Below the pieces are notes generated by a model, which did not search any database, had not been told where the DNA came from, and saw only the letters and a list, made by a program, of their open reading frames with translations. A DNA stretch of 63,020 nt, the filler included, from Octopus bimaculoides (lineage: Eukaryota): the NCBI RefSeq assembly GCF_001194135.2. It is 4 parts of 3 records of this genome, joined end to end, with 100 filler letters (N's around TTAATTAATTAA, not from the genome) between each part and the next. Parts side by side here need not be neighbours in the genome. Positions count along the whole stretch, not along the records: positions 1 to 29,406 come from NC_068982.1; 3 more parts are not named here. One strand, written 5' to 3'. Within the stretch, counting starts at the first letter, position 1. Each line of letters begins with the position of its first letter. Both the position numbers and the translations under genes were made by a program. Shown piece by piece: positions 1 to 10,620 of the stretch.

Positions 1-46
<46 letters not shown>

Positions 47-50
47 TATA

Positions 51-310
51 CTAGCTGGCCCCGTGCCGTCAAAAATGACGGCTAATTGTAGTATTTTAGT
101 AATTTGTACATAAAAAGGGTACAAAATGGTGGAAAAAATCAAACAGCACTTAAACTCTGTGTGAGTATATGTGTATGTGTGTATGTGTCTGTGCATGTGT
201 ATACATTTATATGTATGTGTAAATGCGCGTATGTTTGTAATTCTATTTTCTGTGTATCTTTCTAAATAAACATACACAAACACATATACACTCACTCAAA
301 TATATAAATA

Positions 311-365
<55 letters not shown>

Positions 366-509
366 TTCACATTATCATAACAGCCAATGTGTGTAACCAA
401 TTCGCTATACATATACACACACAGACGCCTTTCAGTTTGTCATCATCCCTTCCTTCTTCAGTTATCTTTTGTAACGGACAAAAACACAGGAGGATTATAT
501 ATTAGTAGA
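51..509 (-). mobile_element. Complete non-autonomous Helitron (459 bp)
   Basis: On the minus strand it starts A|TCTACTAATATATAATCC at 509 and ends with hairpin GCCGTCA-TTTT-TGACGGC (82-65), 10 nt, then CTAG|T at 54-51. It is inserted at A|T without a TSD and carries an internal (CA)n. All of these are Helitron hallmarks. Confidence 0.75.
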
Positions 510-1449
510 TGATTGAGTACATTTTTAGTTGATCATTCGTAAGGTTCCTGCATGTATTGATATGATTTATAAGAAGAAAAAGGTAGATATTCACTCCATC
601 ACCAGACGAGATTTTTTAAGGAAAGCAAAGACAACGGTATGTCAATGTGAGTTTCACGATAACTTTTGGGTTTTGCTTTTAGGAAATTCCTCAGAGTAAT
701 TTGTAGGAGAGGCAGAAGAGATTGTGTTTTAGCAGCTTGTTCTGTTGTTGCTTCTGTTTTGGCTGATTCAGCTGTTATTGGCGTTAATTTCTTCTTTGTT
801 GTTTTTGTTTTCGCTGTTGATATCAATGGCGTTTTGTTTTGGAGCTCCAGTTTTTTTACGAGGCGACAGGAAACCTGACACAGTTAGTGCTTTATGTTTT
901 ACACTTAGTGGCGATATGGTTTATATACCTTAACTATGGAACTATTCTGGAAATTTTACAAAGTTGTAGGGGGATTAATACCTGGATCTCCAATCGAATT
1001 TCCAAGCATTTCCCAAAGAAGAATTATCGCCTATGTGCTTCTACCATTTCCCACTAAAGATCCACTCATCCCTGTTTGGTAATATATTATGTATCGATAC
1101 TTCATTACAGCAACTCATATAAATAGGAATTACACTAAATTCTCCAGAGACTCTGAATATAAAAATATAAATTAAATTGAAATATTAAAACTGGAAACGT
1201 AAATGATGATAGTTTTAGCGGAAGCAGAACAAACAAAAGAAATATGAAACGAAAATAAAATCAAATCTTAGAAGTTATTACACCAAAATGTCGAACGTAA
1301 AGTTTTCTCCAGCATAAAACGGTTTTTCTAAAAACGAGATAAAAATAAAATCAAAATCAAATGTATTAACATTAAGAAGAATAGAGAGAAAGGGAGAAAG
1401 GGAGGCGAATGAGCACCGGACTAATTGTTAAGGATAAGACTATTATAAG

Positions 1450-1790
1450 TAACAAAAGCATTCAGGGAGCCAAGGCAACACCAATGTCCTCTCAACCATT
1501 ATCCGGAGATGATTTTTAAAATGAGAATGTCTGAAATAAACTCGACTGCTCTCACAAACAAGAATACTAAAAATGAATCCGACCGCTCTCAAAAATTAAG
1601 TTAAAAAAAGCGGAAAAATAATCCACGGATCGATCCCAAAGTCTAATCAGTTCGTGCCAGTCATCAGGCCAAACATCCCTGACAGTTTCATCCGAATCCA
1701 TCCAGCGATTATTGAGATACCTTGTCCACGGACAAACAAACAAACACGACTGAAAACAATACCTCTGCCTTCGCTAAGGCGGAGGTAATA
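1450..1790 (+). mobile_element. Helentron/HINE(DINE-1)-like non-autonomous element
   Basis: 3' hairpin TACCTCTGCCTT-CGCT-AAGGCGGAGGTA (1760-1787), a (CAAA)n/ACGGAC tract and an internal 'agtttcatccgaatcc' motif resemble widespread HINE elements. Recognised from memory only. Confidence 0.5.
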
Positions 1791-2159
1791 AGCACAGTAC
1801 CAGAATTGAGAAAACAATAGCGTAAGAAGTAACCCCATTTCACACAAAAAACAACTAAATAGAAAGATCTGAATATGATAAAGTGTCCAAATTCTGACAT
1901 ACTACTAAATAGATATATCTGAAAATATCAAAAAGCAGCACATAAGTGACTCGCCAATGGAACAAAAAATTCATTTTAAAACCCTAAAGGGCGTGACAGC
2001 ACTAAGCAGTGATGTGTATAAATATAACCTTGTTACCAGTTCAAATATATTTGAAGCACATTCGAATCCGTAAGAAAATCATTCACTGTATTTTGTCACA
2101 GAGAAAATTTCTCGTAGAATTTTTATTTATGCTCATCATTGACTAATGCTGTCATCCCA

Positions 2160-2369
2160 TATTTTATCTACGGTAAAGTCGACCTCGGCGGAATTTGAAC
2201 TCTTACTTTACATCGACCCAAGTACGCAACTGGTACTTAATTTATCGACCCCGAAAGGATGAACGGTAAAGTCAACCTCAGCGGAATTTGAACGCAGAAC
2301 GTTAAGACGGACGAAATACCGCTAAGCATTTCGCCCGGCGTGCTAACGTTTCTGCCAGCTCGCTGTCTT
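2160..2369 (-). mobile_element. tRNA-derived SINE, family B (ggcggcgagctggcagaa... head)
   Basis: Reverse complement has the tRNA-like A/B-box head and the 'ctttcatcctttcggggtcgataaattaagtaccag' core, with a local duplication of 'acggtaaagtcgacctcggcggaatttgaac'. Confidence 0.8.
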
Positions 2370-2721
2370 TCACCGTTGTAGATTAATAAGATACTAACTT
2401 TGTAAAACTACCAAAATAACTGGCGTAGAATAAAAAGAAGCTAAAAAAAAAAATGGTAAAGAAAATATGAACAAAGCAACGTAATCTGTTTTCTGTCTTG
2501 AGGGAAGTTCACAGACGGAAAACGGAGGTTAATGTAATAGAGAGAGTTTCCTTTCCAGCAGAAACTAAAAGACAAACAAACGATGAAGCAATCCAGAAAA
2601 AAGTAATTCCAAAATAAGTATGAAGAATCAATCAATCATAGAATTTCTGGCAATCTAATTTCATACACATACATACATACATACATCATAGATATATACG
2701 TACATCTTCATCTTTTGTTTC

Positions 2722-3006
2722 AGTCTTTAGGCAGCGGCCATCGATTGCGAGATCGTGGGTTCGATTCCCAGACCGGGTGTTGCGTTGTGTTCTTGAGCAA
2801 AGCACTTCATTTCGCGTTGCTCTGCGATCATTTCGACAGCTGACGTGTAGCATCCAGTTGCACCTGTACAGGTAATGTCGATTTGATGGAGGGAATGAGC
2901 TTATGTCTACATAAACATTTGATCACTATAAACAAATCATCTGTGTGGTTGTTCTGTAAGAAATTGTCGAACCCTCATACGTCGTCTAACGATGGGAGAG
3001 TCCATT
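2722..3006 (+). mobile_element. tRNA-derived SINE, family C variant
   Basis: B-box GGGTTCGATTCCC followed by the 'gtgttcttgagcaa' domain shared with other copies in the window. Confidence 0.7.
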
Positions 3007-3015
3007 ATATATATA

Positions 3016-3541
3016 ATTGAAAAAATTGGAGTCAACAAGATGGAGTACGGCTGGACATTTATTTTTTAATCGCTACAATTGTTTCTACGTAACGTAGTTC
3101 TCCAGATATGATGGTACTTGATTATGCAACCGCTTCCCTGCATTATGAGATCTAGTTGTGTTTCCTCAGGTGATATGTAAATACTGTCTCCGTACGTTCA
3201 AAATCTAGGCTTAAATAACATCCTCTCTGTCTGTCGTGGCCTTAATTCTGTAGTAGTCACTGAGTTTATCAGGGTGTGTTGTTGTTGAAATGCCGTTGGC
3301 AGACTGCTTTGAATAAGTAGATGTTGTGGGATGGTGATTCTGCTACTGTTAAAGTGGTTGCCGTTTTAAAAGGGTTGGCATTTGATTTCTTTGTAACGCA
3401 ACTAGATCTCATAATGCAGGGAGGCTGTTACATAATCAAGTAGCTGCTCACCTGGAGAACTACGTTGCGCGGAAACAATTGTAGTGATTAAAAAATAAAT
3501 GTCCGACCGTACTCCTTCTTGTTGACTCCAATTTTTTCAAT
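3016..3541. mobile_element. MITE with about 135-bp TIRs and TA TSD (Tc1/mariner-type)
   Basis: TA|ATTGAAAAAATTGGAGTCAACAAG...CTTGTTGACTCCAATTTTTTCAAT|TA; the arms are about 85-90% identical by eye. Confidence 0.85.
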
Positions 3542-3619
3542 TAACTCTTCCCACACGACTGATGCACAAACGACGCGAACCTGGAGGTACGTATAAATAG
3601 TATATATATATATATTATG

Positions 3620-3802
3620 ATTGACCGTTGACTGAACACTATTCAATTTTTTTTCTCCGTGTTTTTCTCCTTGTCTCCGTATTCTTTCTGTTGAAGAGCG
3701 TAGCTCGAAACGTCAAAGACTTTCCGTATTCCCGAGCGTCATACTAATATATACTTTTGTTATTTACACCACCTGTCCTCGTCTGTTGTTATTTTTTGTA
3801 TA
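3620..3802 (+). mobile_element. Penelope-type pseudo-LTR repeat (other copies at 29507-29652 and 31325-31461)
   Basis: Shares 'gctcgaaacgt..aaagacttt...cccgagcgt' with the other two copies and carries a hammerhead-like motif, as known for Penelope-like elements. Confidence 0.6.
3683..3719 (+). ncRNA. Minimal type I hammerhead ribozyme-like motif, variant core CUGUUGA
   Basis: TCTTT-CTGTTGA-A-GAGC-GTA-GCTC-GAAAC-GTC-AAAGA. Stem I is TCTTT/AAAGA, stem II is GAGC/GCTC, stem III is the palindromic ACGT, and the predicted cleavage is after GUC (3714). Confidence 0.6.
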
Positions 3803-4211
3803 NNNNNNNNNNNNNNNNNNNNNNNNNNNNNNNNNNNNNNNNNNNNNNNNNNNNNNNNNNNNNNNNNNNNNNNNNNNNNNNNNNNNNNNNNNNNNNNNNN
3901 NNNNNNNNNNNNNNNNNNNNNNNNNNNNNNNNNNNNNNNNNNNNNNNNNNNNNNNNNNNNNNNNNNNNNNNNNNNNNNNNNNNNNNNNNNNNNNNNNNNN
4001 NNNNNNNNNNNNNNNNNNNNNNNNNNNNNNNNNNNNNNNNNNNNNNNNNNNNNNNNNNNNNNNNNNNNNNNNNNNNNNNNNNNNNNNNNNNNNNNNNNNN
4101 NNNNNNNNNNNNNNNNNNNNNNNNNNNNNNNNNNNNNNNNNNNNNNNNNNNNNNNNNNNNNNNNNNNNNNNNNNNNNNNNNNNNNNNNNNNNNNNNNNNN
4201 NNNNNNNNNNN

Positions 4212-4244
<33 letters not shown>

Positions 4245-4250
<6 letters not shown>

Positions 4251-4520
4251 ATATGTTTGTGTTTCTGTGTTTGTCCTCGCCACAGCATCGCTTGAACACC
4301 GATGCTGGTGTGCTTACGTTCCCGTAACTTAGTGGTTCGGCAAAAGAGACGATAGAATAAGTACTAGGCTTACAAAGAATAAGTCCTGGGGTTGATTTGC
4401 TCAACTGAAGGCGGTGCTCCAGCATGACCGCAGTCAAATGACTGAAACAAGTGAAAGAGTAAAAAGAGTAAAAGAGTAAAAGAGTAAAAGAGAATGAACA
4501 AGTGAAAGAGTAAAAGAGTA
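4245..4520 (+). mobile_element. tRNA-derived SINE family A, 3' half with (AAGAGTAA)n tail
   Basis: Matches the 'gatgctggtgtg...cggcaaaagagaccgatagaataagtactagg...ctccagcatggccgcagtc' body found in more than 10 copies here. Confidence 0.85.
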
Positions 4521-4620
4521 TATAAATATCAGGGTAGGAAACATTTTAGAAATTATTTTACTACCAGTGGCCTTGCATGTAGAAAACTAGTCAATAGGCT
4601 ATATATTATTCCTATGAATA

Positions 4621-4883
4621 CAGTGTACATTTAAACACATTAGAGGTGATCATCATAGGACACCTAGCACGCTAGAAGGAGTAGCCAAAATCCAAACCAC
4701 TATTAGGGATAAATTTCGAAGGGAATGAAAAATAAAAACATTTACCATCTATCTCCTGGACTATGGTTTTATTTTTCATTCACTTCGAAATTTATCCCTA
4801 ACAGTGGTTTGGACTTTGGTTACACCTTCTAGCGTGCTAGGTGTCCTATGATGGTTACCTCTTATGTGTTTAAATGTACACTG
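4621..4883. mobile_element. Fold-back MITE (263 bp), TA|CAGTG termini (Tc1-like)
   Basis: About 120-bp inverted arms with a 25-nt loop; TA TSD on both sides. Confidence 0.85.
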
Positions 4884-5639
4884 TATTTATATCTATCTAT
4901 ATATATATATATTTTTATATATGACGTTGACCACTAACGTGGACATTTAATGTGCTAGAAATAGATCACGTCTTGTGTCTAAAAAGACCTAAATTGTTCT
5001 CAACATGAAATATAGCGTGATACCAAAACATAAGCGGGCAAGACATTTAAAATCACCGAAAAGGAACATTATTAAACAGGTACCGGTTTCAAATTTAACA
5101 ATCTTACCGACTGTCTATTTCTCTTCAGCCTGATTTGTAATGGAACCATAATCCTCAGAACTCTATACAAAGTTGCCCACCGCCATAGGTGCGCGTGTAT
5201 ATGGTTCTGCTAATTACAGATTAATGGTAAAATTCAAANNNNNNNNNNNNNNNNNNNNNNNNNNNNNNNNNNNNNNNNNNNNNNNNNNNNNNNNNNNNNN
5301 NNNNNNNNNNNNNNNNNNNNNNNNNNNNNNNNNNNNNNNNNNNNNNNNNNNNNNNNNNNNNNNNNNNNNNNNNNNNNNNNNNNNNNNNNNNNNNNNNNNN
5401 NNNNNNNNNNNNNNNNNNNNNNNNNNNNNNNNNNNNNNNNNNNNNNNNNNNNNNNNNNNNNNNNNNNNNNNNNNNNNNNNNNNNNNNNNNNNNNNNNNNN
5501 NNNNNNNNNNNNNNNNNNNNNNNNNNNNNNNNNNNNNNNNNNNNNNNNNNNNNNNNNNNNNNNNNNNNNNNNNNNNNNNNNNNNNNNNNNNNNNNNNNNN
5601 NNNNNNNNNNNNNNNNNNNNNNNNNNNNNNNNNNNNNNN

Positions 5640-5701
<62 letters not shown>

Positions 5702-5934
5702 TGTGTGTGTGTGTGTGTATGTATATTTAGATATAGATATTTCTATGTGACACCGATTGAAAGAACGTATGTATTATAGATGGGTAAAGCGAATAAATCT
5801 CTTCAGCTATGATAAGAATCTTAATGACTATTAAACGACTGTGTTCGGTAGCAGGATAAATGAAATTAAGTTTTACGAGCGGACTGACAGGCAAATACAT
5901 ATCCTGCTGGGGTAAACTGATGACCATGGGTCAT

Positions 5935-6018
5935 CTGAGGAAAAACAGTTACAGTCAACAGAGATAACAGATGTGTCTAGTCTATAACATGAGATAAAAA
6001 AAAAAGAGACAAACTTAC
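5935..6018 (-). other. Putative 84-nt intron of an unidentified minus-strand transcript
   Basis: GTAAGT...TTGACTGTAACTGTTTTTCCTCAG: consensus donor, branch-like motif, pyrimidine tract and CAG. Confidence 0.45.
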
Positions 6019-6155
6019 GGCAGATTAAAAAGACGGACTGTTAGTTGTGATCTATACATTGGATTTTTATTTTAGCTTCCATTAACGAATTTTGGTCTGT
6101 TTGGTTTATAATTTGTATTTTTATTTTTTTTATAGCCATCAAACAGATAGACACA

Positions 6156-6234
<79 letters not shown>

Positions 6235-6385
6235 ACACATACACACACATGCACATTTTGTATTTGTAACTTGTGCAGCCTTGAATCTCTGAGCTACTCG
6301 GCAAAGAAACTATGCTAGTTACGCAAAGGCATGCAAAGATATGTGAAACTGAACGAGATCCAGCAGTGCTTTCAAAGCAACCTAC

Positions 6386-6456
6386 CTGATGACGTTCCGG
6401 TACACAGCTGCTACTGGATCATATTTATTTATGAAATTATTTATAATAGTATAATA
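6386..6456 (-). CDS. Putative orphan coding exon (YYTIINNFINKYDPVAAVYRNVI)
   Basis: Acceptor GAGTTTTCAG, donor CAG|GTAGGT, one open frame (phase 0 to 2). No recognisable homology. Confidence 0.3.
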
Positions 6457-6673
6457 CTGAAAACTCAGCAACTAAAAGCTGTCACCACTGCACAGAAACA
6501 ATTGTATGTTGTAATTAAAACCTACACTAGTGGCTTAAACATCTTTATACATGTATATTTTTATTTCTACATTCATTCTCCTTTTTTCCCTATATTCTCC
6601 TTATTTGCTTCCTTTTCCAAAATAACTCCTTGTATTGAACACTAATATTTCCTTCTATTTAACCATCTCACAT

Positions 6674-6723
6674 CATCTCTGATGAAGGGATATCCCTAAT
6701 ATCCCAGAAACAGCTGTATGACT
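6674..6723 (+). ncRNA. Hammerhead ribozyme motif (canonical CUGAUGA/GAAA core) in a Penelope-type 3' repeat
   Basis: CTGATGA (6679)-A-GGGATAT-CCCTA-ATATCCC-A-GAAAC-AGCT-GTA: 7-bp stem II, palindromic ACAGCTGT stem III, GUA cleavage triplet. Stem I is degenerate. Confidence 0.6.
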
Positions 6724-6787
6724 AACTTTATCTTTATAAATTACCCGAAAATACCACACAGTCTTGGCTTTGTTGTCTCATTTTATT

Positions 6788-6894
<107 letters not shown>

Positions 6895-7032
6895 AAGAGA
6901 AAAGATGAAAAGACACAGAAGATTTGTTTTGCAGGATTTAAGAATATATTAGAGCCATGGTAATAGTAATAAACACGTTATGCAATCACGGTGCGTAATA
7001 AGACTCTGATTAATGGAATAATAAAAGTAATA

Positions 7033-7196
7033 ATGGTTTCAAATTTTGGCACACGGCCAGCAATTTTCTTGAAGGGGGAAGTCAATTACAACGACCACAA
7101 TATTCAACTGGTACTTATTTTATCGACATCGAAAGGATGAAAGGCAAAGCCGACAGAGCGTAAATGTGTTAACGATTCTCTCGCAAAGCCGCCTTA
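7033..7196 (-). mobile_element. SINE family B (internally deleted)
   Basis: Family B core and head; abuts (TAA)n. Confidence 0.75.
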
Positions 7197-7210
7197 ATAA
7201 TAATAATAAT

Positions 7211-7560
7211 GGAGAAGGCAAAGATGCTCTGGGACTTTGACCTCCACACAGACAAAGTGTTAGAGCAGCGAAGGCCAGATATAGTAAGCTCTTGGAGGAC
7301 AAACAAGAACGCCTAATAATCGACGTGGTAGCGCCAGGAGAGCAACATATTATAATTAAAGAGAGAGAAAGGTTGATAAACATGGAAACCTGAGAATTGA
7401 GATCGCCAAGATGCGGCAACTACGAGAGTCAAACACAAAGCTTGTCCCTGTTGTCATCGTAGCATCGGGTTCAATACCAATCAAACTTAAGAAACATCTG
7501 GAAATTTTAGAAATACCCGACAATCTAGGTGTATTGCAAAAATCGGCATTGCTTGGAAGG
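7211..7560 (+). mobile_element. Dong/R4-clade non-LTR relic 1 (restriction-like endonuclease region)
   Basis: Translates with frameshifts to LWDFDLHTDKVLEQRRPDIV...IIDVVAPGE...VPVVIV...LQKSALLG, the PD-(D/E)xK endonuclease (RLE) end of R4/Dong ORFs. Confidence 0.8.
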
Positions 7561-7626
7561 TAAAGACTGACGAAATGCCGCTAAGCATTTTGTCCGGCGT
7601 GTTAACGATTCTGGCTGCTCGCCGTT

Positions 7627-7688
<62 letters not shown>

Positions 7689-7708
7689 TATAATAATAAT
7701 AATATGAT

Positions 7709-8257
7709 ATGATCCTTTGGAAGCTTTGTGGAAATCACGGCCTACAAAGAGCAAAGATATGGTATGAACAAACTCCAGAAGGAGTCACCGAAAATGAGAA
7801 TTGCAAAATCCTGTGGAATGCAATGATTCAATGCGGTTACCTGACCAAGCATCGGAAACCGGACATTGTTGTGGGGAATAAAAGAGAAAGAACATGTATG
7901 ATAATCGACATAACATGCCCCGGTGACAACAGGAACAATGAGAAAGAAGAAAAAATAAACAACTACGACGATTTGAAGTGTGAAATACAAAGGTTGAGGT
8001 CAAAGAAGAGAGTAGACGTGATACGAATAGTAATTGGTGCAGTTGGAAGTATGAACACTCAACTACCAACATGACTGAAAAAGATTGATGCAAGTGTGAA
8101 GGTAGAACACCTACAAAAGTCAGCATTGCTTGGAACTGCAAGAATTCTTTGCAGGATTCTTGAAGCACGACCAGTAAACAAGTGTCACCTTAGTTACCTT
8201 AGCTGTGGACAGCTGAAACTTTCCATTATACCCAGCAAAATAAGCTGTGAGTTTTCC
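7709..8257 (+). mobile_element. Dong/R4 relic 2 (RLE plus 3' UTR, ends in (TAA)n)
   Basis: ORF 7709-8074 WYEQTPEGVTENENCKILW...HRKPDIVV...IIDITCPGD...IVIGAVG, then LQKSALLGTARILCRIL; flanked by (TAA)n on both sides. Confidence 0.9.
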
Positions 8258-8260
8258 TCA

Positions 8261-8293
<33 letters not shown>

Positions 8294-8319
8294 TAGAAGA
8301 AGAAGAAGAAGAAGAAGAA

Positions 8320-9055
8320 TAACTGGAGGGTTAACCTTAGGAATGAGCAAGTGTCTCCGCTGTGCCACATCTGCAATATAGTGGGTGAAACCATTGCCCA
8401 TATAAGGAACGAATGTCCTGGACTTGCCCCAAACCACTGCAAGTAGTGGCGACACGATCAGGGAGCGAAAGTAGTACATCAGAAACAGCGCAAAGTGGAG
8501 GCAAGAGAGAGGGGCAAGAGAGAGGGGCAAGAGAGAGGGGCAAGACGTAGTATGAGCACAGAGCGCAAAGAGTGGCAGAGTCAGAGACCTGCAAGATCCT
8601 CTGGGATTTCCCAAGCCAAACAGATCAGGTGCCAGAGCATAACAGACCGGACCTAGTGGTGGTGGACAAGGTGCACCACATATGCTTTATAGTGGATGTT
8701 GCATGACCCTTTGACCCATGAATAGTCAAGAAGGAAGGCGAAAAGATAGAGAGATACAACCCCCTTAAATACGAAATAGTCTGGCTATGGAAAATGAAGA
8801 AGGTGAAGATAGTGCCAATTATTGTTGGGTCCTTGGGGACATTATCAGAAGACAGCAAGGGAAATATAAAGGAAATTGGAATAGAGTGCCCTGTGGAACT
8901 GTTACAAAAGGTTTGCCTCCTTGGCATGGCCAGAATAATCAGGAAAGTATCAGATAGCTGAAAAGAACGGATAGCATGGTACCGTAGGCTGTAGGGACTA
9001 AGCCCGCTACGAATGCAAGACTCCAGGAGCGCCAACAAAACCTGTGATGATGAGA
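8320..9055 (+). mobile_element. Dong/R4 relic 3 (CCHC knuckle plus RLE plus 3' UTR)
   Basis: SPLCHICNIVGETIAHIRNEC zinc knuckle, RPDLVVVDK, VPIIVGSLG, LQKVCLLGMARIIRKVSDS*; ends at a TAA repeat. Confidence 0.85.
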
Positions 9056-9062
9056 TAATAAT

Positions 9063-9279
9063 AATAGTCCTTTCTACTACAGGCACAGAGCCTGAAGTTT
9101 CTGGAAAGGGGGATACTCCTTTACATCCAGTACTTGAGTGGTAATTCTCTCATCGATCCCGAAAGGATGAAAAGCAAAGTCGATCTCGGAGAATTTGAAC
9201 TTTGACCGTAATGAGTCGGAAGAAAATCTGTTAAGCATTTTGTTCGAGGTGCTAACGATTCTGTCAATGTGTCCCCTTA
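9063..9279 (-). mobile_element. SINE family B
   Basis: Family B core and head in reverse orientation between TAA tracts. Confidence 0.75.
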
Positions 9280-9298
9280 ATAATAATAATAATAATAA

Positions 9299-9351
<53 letters not shown>

Positions 9352-9352
<1 letters not shown>

Positions 9353-10620
9353 AAGACATGATGAAAATGTATAACACATCAGAATAGTTACAATGGGCCT
9401 ATATGATGCAGAGAAATGAGATCCAATCTCTGTGGTTTCGAACAGTAAGTAAAGATAGCACCAAAATTGGAAAGCCCTAGGACCAGATGGGATCCAAGGA
9501 TTTTGAATAAGACATCTGAAATCCTTAGGCGGCCTAATCGGGAGATCCCCTAAATGAATGTACAACAGAAGAAAGAATACTAAAAGGGATAGTTGAAGGG
9601 CGAACAACTTTGATAGCAGTAGAAATTATCTATCTGTTTTAGAAGTTGTAGCTGACATTTTTCCGAGAAAACATTTGATAATTTGATGCAGATCAAATTA
9701 CTACCAATTGAACAGAGTGTGGCACAGGAAATACACAAAATCTCCCAAGAACCATTTGATGATTGACAATAGGATAATGTGGAACTGCAAACGACGACTG
9801 ACTAATCTGTGAATGGCATGCATCGACTTCAAAATGCTTACGGCATGTTGCCGTGGCCCATTCTTGGACTATGGGGTCACGTAGAATGCTTAGAATAGCT
9901 GAATGCCTTATGAACATTCTCAGTGCTAATTCTCTGATTTAGCTATTCGTAATGGATGATTTTAAAATGTCTCCAAACAAAAATAGTTCAGTTCTCTTAT
10001 TAAACGGTAACAGTGCATTGAAGTTACATTGGAATGGAGTTTTGGTGTATGAGAATGTACGACATTTACTGCGAAGAGAGGGAAGAGAGTTGATATTAAT
10101 GAAATAATCTCATCGCAAGAACGGGATTCTGAATCTGATGGCGATTGATAAAAGTATCTAGGCATATAGAATGATATTATGCATAAGGCAATAAAGGAAA
10201 TAGGGATATTGTGAATGATTATTATGCATAAGGAAATTAAGGTAACAGTGACAACAGTAAAGCTTGTATTGAAGACTAAACTTAGTTCAAGGAATTTGAT
10301 CAATATGATCAACGCATGGATGCCCGCTGTCGTGCGATAGAGGACTGAAATGGTGAATTAGATGAAAGATGAAACGCGAAAGGAAATCTTATTTATGCAT
10401 GGAGTGCTTCATTCGAAGGCGAACATTAGTGGTTTATTGATGAAACGGAAGATTTGAGGGAACGAACTTATTAGCGTTTCAGATCGTGCTGATGGAAACT
10501 AGAAGTCGGTTTATAAAGATGTTTATTCCACGGCCCCAACAAACAAGTGTCACCTTTGTGATCAGCGAGTGGAAAATATTGATCATATTGTGGTAGGCTG
10601 CAAATATTACCTGAGAAAGG
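9352..10620 (+). mobile_element. Dong/R4 relic 4 (degenerate, deleted RT to CCHC)
   Basis: Fragments NWKALGPDGIQGF, NHLMIDNRIMWNCKRRLTNL, KYLGI, LVLKTKLSSRNLINMINAW, MHGVLHSK and KCHLCDQRVENIDHIVVGC appear in the expected order. Confidence 0.75.

Noticed and set aside
599-874. Minus-strand Thr/Lys/Ala-rich ORF with an acceptor at 875
   Set aside because: Low complexity, no recognisable domain, and no supported upstream exon; cannot be called a gene.
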